From the human T2T-CHM13v2.0 reference genome, Homo sapiens: a stretch of DNA of 64,000 nt. The stretch lies in the NCBI RefSeq assembly GCF_009914755.1, contig NC_060933.1, one strand, 5' to 3'. Below the pieces are notes generated by a model, which did not search any database, was not told the origin of the DNA, and saw nothing but the letters and a program-made list of their open reading frames with translations. Below are positions 52,626 through 64,000 of this stretch, piece after piece. Numbering within the stretch: the stretch's first letter is position 1; each line of letters begins with the position of its first letter. A program made the translations under genes and the position numbers.

Positions 52626-54641
52626 GCTCTGTCCTCATCCACCCTTTAACAAAAGAGGCAATAGCCCCAGAGAAAGGAGGTGAATGCCCAGGTGCTCACA
52701 CCCTGTTAGGGTGTGAGCTTTCCCTTGTCAGGGTTAAAGCCGGGACTAGAGGCAGGCACCCTGACTTCCTGTCCACAGGTAGAGTTTAGAGAGGAAAAAC
52801 AACCCTATATTTCTACTTCTTGTTTTCCAAATTTTAATTGTTTTTAAAACCCACAAATTTCTCTTAGGAGTAGATTCAAGCTGCCAAGTTCCAATAGGCT
52901 GTTCTTGAATGTGACATTTCACTTTTCATTGTGTTGTGTTACATCTTAGTTTTAGCAACTTTTCTTTTTGGAGTTTGATAGGAAAATCTGTAAATGTAAT
53001 TGTTCTTTGATTCTAACAAACATCTCTCAGCCTACCCAATTTATATTTAGTTTTCAGTTATGGAGGGGAAACTACAGTCTTCAAGAATATCAATTCTAGT
53101 TATAGATTATGAACAAAAATACATTTTTGTTTAATTTGATATTCACTTGGATATCGAGCTACATAGCATCTATACTACTGGTTCTGAATGCAACCCACAG
53201 TATTTTTTAGTCTGGCAAGTTTTACAAATCGTATTTAAAGTTTTGGGACATATCCTCAGTCAAAAGGATCAAATTTCTATCAACATAATTAGGAAGTTTC
53301 TGAAGTAAATTTATTTAGAGATAGTAAAGGGGAAAAATGGTAACTAAGGAAAGAGGCCTACAGTAAGTAGATGTAGAAATTCAAACTTACTTAAATGCAA
53401 ATTATTTGTATTTCTCATCTTGCTTACTCTTCTGAAAAGGAACTCAAGCATAAATATTTAAACGTTTCACAAATTTTTATTTTACAAATCATATTTACCA
53501 GATCATAGTTGAAAAAGTTCAAATTTTAGATGTTTTTTAAAAAGGTACAGTGTGATTTGTCTTTTTTTTGTAATGTTGAATTATGTTAGACTTCTAATGT
53601 TTGTCTTGATATTACACTGGAATTAGACAGCATTTTTACCATTTATACATTCATTTCAATAAGAGCTTTGAAAATGCTTTGGCATTGTTTGTTTGTGATA
53701 AGTAGAATTAGGAAGATATCAGCAATATAGATTCCTAACAGTAATTGTGTATACTGTGTTTTAGTGATTTTTATGTCCATTTATTTTCTGTAATTCTTTT
53801 ATAAATCCCTTAGTGTACTTCCACTAGAAATTAATTTATAATTGTTTATTTATATTGGATGAAGTAGGAGGTCCATGTTTAGTATTAACCCACTCAGATT
53901 AACTTTATCTAACTGAACTTTTATATCTATAACCCATTAGATTGTTACAACTTTTTAAACAGCATTTATAATGAAATAACTTTTGTTTTATAAAGCATTT
54001 GTTACAAAAAAAAAAAAAACACCTTGCCAAAAATCATTACGATTTCTATGCATTGTGTAATATTCAGTGATGTTGAGATTTTGCATGTTGTTACAGGTGC
54101 TCTTTCATATGTGTGTTTGTGGTGTTGATGTGGAATTGTTAACCACTGCTGCTATCACTTATTGTAGTTAAACTGAAAAACTGTGTTAAAAGGCTGTGCC
54201 AGTCAACATTTCTATGTGTGACTTAAGTAACTGTGTACTTCATTGTTTAATATTTTGAGCCAGCACTTAGTGGCCTCTACAGAAGGAAATATTGTAGTTG
54301 TCAAAGTGGTGCCAAACTTGAAAATCTTGTGTCATGTTTATAATTCCAGGCCAGGTCAGCTTTTCTTCAACACTTTCCGAGCTCTTTGAAAGCAAAAAAC
54401 ATTTGCAAAAAGAGAAAGAAAGCAAGAATTCTGAACTTTTCTAATACTCTCTCCTCTAGAATTTTAAATATTTTTTTCTTTTGATGTTTGAGTATCTTAC
54501 AGAAAAATCCAATCAAATGACTAGCGGTAGAATTTCCCTTGATCTGGATATTTTTAGGCTGAACAGTGTAATAGCAGAGGACTATGAGGTGCATACATTA
54601 TTTTTGTTGGCTATCATGGCTTATTGTTTGAATTTCATTTA

Positions 54642-54955
<314 letters not shown>

Positions 54956-56847
54956 ATATTCAGTAATTTTATTTCCTTTATTAAGAACCATTGAAACCTC
55001 ACAGTTCCCACTTGTTAACTTTTACATTCAGCATGTACACAGACTTACTTAACATACTTGGTTGCCTTATGGCCATCAGGATTTTTTCATGCCCACCTGT
55101 CTAGTTTGGTACCTGGTGTTTCCATCTTGCCTCAGCAATTCCAAACAAACTGAAAGTAAAGAGAAAATCGTTTCAACATATTGACTCTACTACACATTGT
55201 TAAAATTTAATATGGGAGGAATACCACTATACTTTTATTTATACTCTTAAAATGAGTGGGGGGAAGCTGTCATAAAGTGTTAAGAAAAGAAGGCTGCTTC
55301 CTGAAGAGCCTTTTTACACCAACATGCCAGATCTCCACACTTGATGCAGGGTTTCCTTCTGTCAGTTCAATGGGCTTGTAATTACAAGATTCTTTTAATA
55401 AAGGGGTAATCTCCTGAACTTTATAGAAACTTGTTGTGTGACTGTCACATATGCAGCAACAGCCAATGCTGTATTTGGACACATTGCTGATGAAATTACT
55501 GATTTAATTCTAAGACTATCAAAACTAATTCGTCAAGGTCCCCACCACCTCTTTGCTTAAAGGAAAACAAAGGCAGATTTTAACTGTGAGCCTCTTCTCT
55601 AGAATATGCTGTAGACATTTGCCCCTCCGTGAGGTGATAAAGCAATAAAAATAAATTTAATTATGTGTGGTCTAAAGAAGTTCTACCTCTGTCCATTGGC
55701 CTCCAGAGTCACACAAAATTATTTCTTGATTCCTACATCAGAGGTTTTCAGGCAGAGCCTTTGTACCAAGAATTCCTTTTATATTTTGGACACCAAAGAT
55801 TATGGCATGATATATCCTGATGATTAACAATTTAGCAGTGGGCACATTTATTTGAGTCCTGCTCTTGGATTTATTTCCCACCTTTGGGTCTTACGTACAT
55901 TTTGTATTTCTGTCCTGAGGACTTTTTGCCTCAGGCAGTTTTTAAATCAAAAAAATATATATATATTTATTAGGTTTCTAATTTATAGAGTTTCCAATTT
56001 CTCCCACAATTTTAAATGTTTTCACTGCCAAAGTTAGCAGTAGATTTGCTAGGTTAATGCCATGGTCAGTAATAGTTTGTACCTTTTATGTTGTAGCCTG
56101 AAAATGTAACTCTAACCCCGTAGGCCTGAAACCTGGTGGGAAGATGATTGAAAGTGTTTTAGATTCAACAGATTGACTATGTATGACTTATCTATTAAAA
56201 TGAAGAACTTCCATGGTTTAATAGAATGAATGCTGTATTCAACAAGGTCTTCCATCCTTCTTATAAATCTTAAGACTGTGTTTAAGCTTTCTTTCACTTT
56301 TACTCTATCCCTTGGAAGTTAATTGGGAATAAAAAGATTTATCAATTTAGTCACTATAATTTAAGGCCAGGCATCTGCTTGGAAATACAATAACCACAAT
56401 TAATACTTAGAGAAAATTGTTTCAACAGATTAACTCTGCTATTTTAAAAACTATAGTAGTGTTCTTTGAGGATGCATTTACTTTTCCCCAAATTTGATAG
56501 ATAGTTATTTTTATATATTTTTTCTGGCCACTTGGCTTCTAACTGATTAACATGAAAAACGCACGTGTGCCTGTTTCACTCAAATCATATTTTACAACTT
56601 TTTAAAAGCTGCTACAGTTATAGTTTGTGAAAGAGGAGAAAGGTGAATTGCAACAGAGGGAAATTACTGTTACTGTGTCAAATATGTGACTGATGCTTTT
56701 GGTCAGATAATCTGCTGCCTGTCAATATTTGTAATAACAGAATTTTTTGTTAAGAGTACTCTCATCTTTATTTTGCTGCTCACTGATTTTTTACACTAAG
56801 ATGTTCTCATCTTTGTCGACTCACTGTTTTTGCTTCATATTTGTCTG

Positions 56848-56915
56848 TGTACTTGTGCTCTAAATAAAAATCTAGTTTTATGTCTAGTTTATTCCATTGT
56901 GTGTATAATGTTTGC
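56848..56915 (+). terminator. Best-formed candidate polyadenylation signal
   Basis: TGTA at 56848, AATAAA at 56863-56868, then a GU/U-rich downstream element (tttattccattgtgtgtataatgtttg). Confidence 0.5.
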
Positions 56916-57545
56916 CTCTGATGTAGTGTAATTTTCTATTGTTTTTGATGTTTGTTGGTACAGCCTAAAACTTATGGAAATAAGAAAAGCAATCCAATAA
57001 AGTCAGCTAATGAGTGTCAACAGTGTCTCTATAATGAGAGCATGCTTGAGTCACAGTGTTTTGTCTGTATTTGGGCATGATGACCAGTCTTCATTCATTT
57101 AATGAATTGTCTTCTGCAAAGCTGGCTGATTTTTGTAGCTACAACAAACAAGTTAAACCACGTTTTGAAAAACATGTTGTTGACCTGGACATTGTGCACT
57201 GGCCTCAGGATATACAGTCAATGCAGATGAGCCAAGCAGCCCATGTGCAGTGTTTCTCACCACTGAAGTTGGGGGGAAGCCCTGGAAGGGGAAGCATTGC
57301 GCATGTGACTGTGCCAACACAGATCATAGGGTAGCAACAATCCTTTAGTAAAGGATCTACAGTTGAATTAATCGTAGGCTTCCTGGAGCCCCAAGCCTGA
57401 AAATCCTGTTAATAGAAAAGAAAGCCCTGCTGCAAACAATTAACTCACTTGTTTTTGTGTGGAGCTCTGTTGGCCATTTTTCTTTACCTCCAGTAATCCC
57501 CTTGTCAGACACTTCTTAAATAGGTGCAAAATTATACTAAGCTGC

Positions 57546-57665
57546 GGCCGGGCACAGTGGCAAATGCCTGTAATTCCAGCACTTTGGAAGGCCAAGGCAG
57601 GAGGATCGCTTGAAGCTGGGAGTTTTGAGACCAGCCTGGACAACAAAGGGAGACTTTCTATTTTA
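57546..57665 (+). mobile_element. Alu monomer (FLAM-C-like)
   Basis: ggccgggcacagtggc...ggatcgcttgaagctgggagttttgagaccagcctgg. Confidence 0.9.
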
Positions 57666-58423
57666 AAAAATAATTTAAAAATTTTTTAAATTATACCAAG
57701 CTAAGGAGATACCGTGTTCTAAAATTAACTTATTTTTAAGAGAATCATTTTAGTCAGATATAATTCTCCATGTACCATTTATTACCTTTAGCACATATTA
57801 CAGTGTTCTTTGAGCCGAATAGGAATGGTTCTCCAAAATTATTAAGTTGGTTAACTTCAGACACATTTTTTGTGTCACTAAAATCATTTAATAATGAAAA
57901 AACATGTTAAAACATCTGAAAATACAACATCTCTCATACAAAATTACTTTGCAGAAATGCAAATGTTTTTCTTTCATGGCTGAATAGTCCACCAGTCTTT
58001 ACTCACAGTTGAATATTCCAAATAGAAACAATGACCGTATTTTTGTATGATGATAGATTATATAAAATTACAGGTAGTTACACCTTTATATTTTCATAGT
58101 ATTTAAACGAGGAACTCATCTTTAAGTGTGCTTGCAAGTTTTACACTTAAAATGTGACAAATTTTATTTCCTTGCTAGGGAAAGAATATTAGAATTCAAG
58201 TTGAGTAGTAACTACAAATCAAATAATGTTTTCCTTTTTAAAAGTCTTATTTATTTTCAATTTATTCATATCTTTTTGAAGAGGATTTGATGTGACTAAA
58301 ATGGCTAATATGTATAAAACTCTTAATGTTGGTGATATATCATCTCAAAAGATAATTTTAAAAGCAAACACTGAATTTGATGGCAAACATGTTTAGACTG
58401 AACCATCAAATAAAAAAATGGAA

Positions 58424-58738
58424 GGCCAGGTGTGGTGGCTCATACCTGCAGTCCCGGCACTTTGGGAGGCCAAGGCAGTAGGATCACTTGAGCCCAGGGG
58501 TTCAAGACCAGCCTAGGCAGGCAGCATAGTGAGACCCCATCTCTACAAAAATTTTAAAATTAGTCTAGTCTGGTGGTGCGCACCTGTGGTCCCAGATGCT
58601 AGAGAGGCTGAGGCAAGAGGATTGTTTGAGCCCAGGAAAGGAGATAGGGAATGCAGCAAGCTGTGATTACGCCACTGCACTCCAGCCTGGGGAATAGAGC
58701 AAGAGCCTCTCTCAAAGAAAAAAAAAAAAAAAAAAAAG
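58424..58738 (+). mobile_element. AluJ
   Basis: Diverged dimer with long A-tail. Confidence 0.95.
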
Positions 58739-61357
58739 GAAGTAAAACCACCATTTGCTTTGTTAAGATTTATAATGCTTTAAAAATGCTAAGGCAGTAA
58801 GTAGACATTTATTATTAATAATTGATAAATAGTAATATCAAATCAGAAATAAAAATTACAGGACTCATTACCTATAGATAAGAACGTTTAACTTTTGATG
58901 TTTGATTTTGGACTGCTTCCTTACAAAAATATACTTCAAAAACTAATCTAGCTGTAGTTACCATTTTGTATGTTTGTAAAAGATCTTTAGTTTTTGAAAG
59001 TAGATTTTTATGTAGCTACACATTTTTCCATTGCACAGATGTGCCAAAATCTATTTTATAGTGCTGTTGTTAGATTGGATTTGTTTCCAGTTTTTTGCTT
59101 TTATAACTTTGGCTTAAAGAACATCCTTGAGGATACATTTTTGCATACTTCTCTGATGAAATCCTTAGGATACATTTCTAAAAGAGGAATTCCTGGGCTA
59201 AATAAAAAGAACATTTTATTTATTTTTCTTATATATACATTTCCAAAGTCCTATTGATTTTTATAACTTGCAAATATAATATGTTCATGTTGCAAAACTT
59301 TAAGTCCCATGGAGCTAATCACTAACCAATGTGATGTGTCTCCTTCCAAATTTTTTCTACATAATTATAAATCGTTTTATTTTTCATATAAAAATTGGAA
59401 TTTTGCTATGCATATTGTCCTAGAGTGAATTTTTCTTTTTAAATTAATATATTGCAGAACTGTTTTCATGTTAGCATGTAGAAGGGTAACACAATTTTTA
59501 ATGACCACATGTAAATATATATATATATATGCACAATTATTTAATTATTCATCTCCTAATGGGTTTTGGTGATCATCTTTGTTCATTTATCTTTGCACAC
59601 TTGTGTATTTCTGCATTTAGTCAAAATTACCCACCAAAAAGTTGTACTGATGTAGACATCATTCAGTATTGGCTGAGAATGCAAGCTCCCAGCAGCCTGG
59701 CCAACATTTAGATATGGACCTTTTTGTATTTTTGATAATCTGGCAAATGAAATATATCTCATTTTAATTATAATGCCTATTTTTTAATGCATTTTGTTAT
59801 TTGTATTTGTTCTGTGAATAATTGCCTGTCATATCCTGGGCCCTTTTGCTAGCGAGTTATTTTTCCTTTTGGTTTGTAGGAGCTTTTCATATGTCCTTGG
59901 TTTATGTTTTATAAGTATTTTCTCCAGTTATGTTTATTGTCTTTTGAAATTTGTTCAGTGCAGGATTTTCCAAATTTTTTCGCATGTAATCATCTATATT
60001 TTATACCTTCTGTGTTGTGTTGTGCTGAGAAAGACTTTCTTTCCTCAATCCCCAAATCATGAAAATCTGTCTTCTTTATGGAAACAGCCTTTTTTTTTTT
60101 AAAAAAAAAAGAGCCATTTAGATATGTGGATTTTGTGTGTGTTATGAAACAGGTACCTAAATTTGCTTTTGTTTTTGCTTTTCCAGCTCAACCAATTATA
60201 CCATTTATTGAAGAATCCATCTTTCCCCAACAATTTGAATTAGAGTCTTTATTATACCCTCACTTGGCATACTTGCAGACCTTTTCTGGATTCTCTTCTG
60301 TAGCAATGATCTATTTGTCTATTTCTTACAAATACTAACTTACAAATAGTAATTTACAATTTAAATTACAGTGGTGTTATGATACTTTTTTTTTTTTTTA
60401 GGGCAACTCCTCCCAATTATATTTGAAATTGCCTTCCTTTTCTTACATGTTTACTTTCTTAAACTTCAGAAACACCCTAACAAGTAACAACAGAAAAGGG
60501 GGGATTTTAATTAGAATTACATTTACTTAAAGATTACTTAAAGAAATTAAATATCTTTATAATATTGAGTCTTCCCATCTAGGTTCATGGTATAACTCTT
60601 AATTTATTAGGTTTGCATACACATTTTTAAAGGAATTTTTAAGGATTTTTTAATGTTTTCTTATTGAATTATACAATACTTATTGAAGTACTTATTATAC
60701 TTACTGAAGTATAGCTTGATTAATTTTTATGACGCTAATATATTGCTGTAACCACCACCTGGAGGGAGACATAGAATATTACCCGAACCCTAGGAGCTTC
60801 CCTCATGTGCCCTCCCTTACCTCCCTAAGGTAATCACTGACTTCACCATAGAGTCATTTTATCTGGTTTTTAATTACATAAATGAACCCTTTCAATATAC
60901 TCTTCCGTGTCTGGCTTCTTTTGCTTAACATTATGTTTGTGGGATTCTTCCATGCTTTTGTATACAGTTCACTCCAGTAGTCCACTCCTTGTCACTATCA
61001 TATAATAATTCATTGTATAAATATTTTATAATTTTATATGCATACCATTGTTTATGGGGTCCTAGGGTTATTTCCAGTTTGAGGCCATTTATTATTTGTT
61101 GTACTATTATGCTTTTATGAATATTCATACATTCATGATATGTACACGTTTCTGTTGGGTATATATTTAGGTGTAGGATTACTGAGTCATAGAATTGGTG
61201 TGTGTTCAACTGTAGTAGATACTGTCTATATTAGTGTCCAAAGTGGTTGCACAAATCAATGCTTGTACCAACTTAGCAAGAGTGTTCCTGTTGCTCCATA
61301 TCTTCACTATCACTTGATATTTGCAAATTTCGTTTTCCATTTTAGACATTTCAGTGA

Positions 61358-61744
<387 letters not shown>

Positions 61745-61756
61745 TAAATGATTTTT

Positions 61757-61836
61757 TTCCTTTTTAAAAAATTTTTAAGTTCGAGGGTACATGGGCAGGT
61801 TTGTTACGTAGGTAAACTTGTGTCATGGGGGTTTGT
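61757..61836 (-). mobile_element. 80-bp 5'-truncated L1PA 3' end with 17-bp TSD
   Basis: ttttaagttcgagggtacatgggcaggtttgttacgtaggtaaacttgtgtcatgggggtttg; TSD ccttctaaatgattttt at 61740 and 61837. Confidence 0.85.
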
Positions 61837-62390
61837 CCTTCTAAATGATTTTTCAGATAAATGTACCACAACATCTTCTGCCACTGTGTGGCTTGCCTTT
61901 TCACCTCTTAATGCTGCATTGTGATAAATGTCTGTTTTTCATTTTAGTGGAATTCTGTTTATCCACTTTTTACTTTTGGGGTAGTGATTTTGATCAATCT
62001 TTTACTTTAGGGGTAGTGATTTTGATGTCCTATTTAGAAGTGTGTAATTATCCCATGGTCATAAAGCTGGTCTCCTGTGTTTCCTTCCTTCCTTTATTGT
62101 TTTATCAGTCACATTTAAGTCATGATCCATTTGGAATTTTTTTTTGTTTATGATGTGAGGTAGGAATTCCGTTTTCTCATAGTGTGTTGAAGATGTTTGT
62201 GTTTATGAGCTCAGTTGGCCTATAATTTTCTTTTATTGTATTATTCTTGGCTTATTTTTATATAAAAGTTATGCAGTCCTATAAAAGAAGTGAGTGTTCC
62301 CTCTTTTTCTGTTCACTAGCAGAGTTTGGCAGTTGGAAGAATTTACTGGTGAAACCCATCTGAACCTGAAGTTTTATTTTGAGATTCTTT

Positions 62391-62394
<4 letters not shown>

Positions 62395-62442
<48 letters not shown>
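62395..62442. repeat. (TG)24 microsatellite at an Alu tail
   Basis: Perfect TG run. Confidence 0.98.
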
Positions 62443-62446
<4 letters not shown>

Positions 62447-62730
62447 GAGACAGGGTCTGGCTTTGTCACTGAGGCTGGAGTGCAGTGGTGCAATCTCGGT
62501 TCACTACAACCTCTGCCTCCCAGGCTTAAGCCATCCTCTCACCTCAGCCTCCAAGTAGCTGAGACCAGAGATGCATGCCACCACACCTGCCTAATTTTTT
62601 TGTAAGTTTTGTAGAGACCGAGTTTTGCCATGTCACCCACACTGGTCTCAAACTCCTCAGCTCAAGTTATCCGCCTGCCTTGGCCTCCCAAACTGTTGGG
62701 ATTACAGGCGTGAGCCACCTCATCTGGCCT
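62443..62730 (-). mobile_element. AluJ
   Basis: Antisense dimer. Confidence 0.95.
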
Positions 62731-64000
62731 CCATTTCTCTAATGGGTATAAGACTTTTCAAACTTTCTTTCTTACCCAGTTTTGGTGAGTTGTGGCTTTT
62801 CTAGATATTTGTCCATTTTATCCAAATTTTCAAATTGATTGACATAATCAAGTTGTTCATAGTATCTTTTTACTGTCTTTTTACTATTTGTAGGATCTAT
62901 AGTGATAATTAACATGTTTTTCATTTCTGGTGCAATAATTTGTGCCTTCTCTCTTCTTCTTGCTAGTTTATTAGTCTTTTCAAATCCGTCTCTTACATTA
63001 CTTTTTATTATAAATTTCTTTCCCATTTTATTGATTTATGTTCTTAATTGTAGTGTTTCCTTCCTTCTACTTTTTTGGATAGATTTCTTGTTCTTCTAAA
63101 TTTCTTGGTACAGTTGATACTCACCTTTTCTTCTTTTGTAGCCTATGCACTAAATCGTATTATTTTCTGTTTAGGCAATAACTGCATCCCACAACTTTGA
63201 TATGTATTGTCATTATCATTCAGTTGGAAATATTTTCTAATTCTCATTGATTTTTTTTCTTTTACCAGAAAGAATTGTTTATTTTATATATATATATACT
63301 ATACATATATCATATATATTTTTGTATTATATTAAATAATATACTTATTATTATTTAGGAATATATAATTGCTTGTCAAATTATCTTCTTGTAATTGATT
63401 TCCATTTTATTCTACTTATATTAGAGATCATATTCTGAATTATTTAATCCTTTGAAAAGTTGAGACTTGCTTTATGTCCCAGCATTTCTATGTTGGTAAA
63501 AGTGACATACAAACTTGAAGAAATGTGTATTCTGAAGTTGTGTGTGTTGTTCTTCTTTATGTATCAATTAAGTCCAGTTTGATATTTGCATTGTTCACAT
63601 CTATATCTATACTGTTGTTTTGCTCCCTGTTTTGTCAGTTGTGGGAAAAGATGGGTTAAAATCTCTTAATCATAGATTTGCCTATTTCTCTTTAATTCTT
63701 TTAATTTTTGCTTTCTATATGTCTATAGGCATTGTTATCAGATCCATACAAAAATCTAGGATTGTTATATATACCTTCCTGTTGAATTTTAAAACCTCCC
63801 TCTTTATTTCTAGTAATACTTCTTGTCTTAGTCTGTTTTGTCTGTTAGTATATAGGTATACCAGCTTTCATTTGCTTATTGTTCCTATGGTATCACTTTT
63901 TTCAACCTTTTGCTTTGAATCTTTATGTTCTATTTGTTCTTATATGTAAGGTGTATTTTTCCCCCAGGAGAATATAGCTGAATATTGTTCCTTTGCCCAG

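Noticed and set aside
55909-55938. Small hairpin ctgtcctgagg...cctcaggcag
   Set aside because: The stem is too short for a pre-miRNA and is expected by chance.

Overview
AT-rich primate (almost certainly human) genomic DNA, dense in Alu, L1, L2, MIR, DNA-transposon fossils and LTR fragments. It is the interior of the + strand gene KIAA1958. The large start-codon exon is at 1238-2432 (ATG 1262, phase-1 donor). A ~42.6 kb intron follows. Then comes an intronless 1 kb exon (45050-46095) encoding a DUF3504 / Crypton-type tyrosine-recombinase fold whose catalytic motifs look degenerate, i.e. a domesticated transposon enzyme. The two exons splice in frame to give a 738-aa protein. The same exon carries an internal GTGAGT donor after exactly 84 nt, so it can serve either as the terminal recombinase-domain exon or as a 28-codon in-frame cassette leading to exons beyond the window. 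Other points: a possible near-full-circle ORF if the ATG exon is back-spliced; a possible ~10.8 kb 3' UTR with inverted Alus; an LTR10-type solo LTR nested in an Alu; and a few coding-like non-repeat segments in the intron. The Crypton origin of KIAA1958 is known from the literature; its function is largely unknown. Repeat subfamily calls are from recalled consensus motifs, and their boundaries are approximate.
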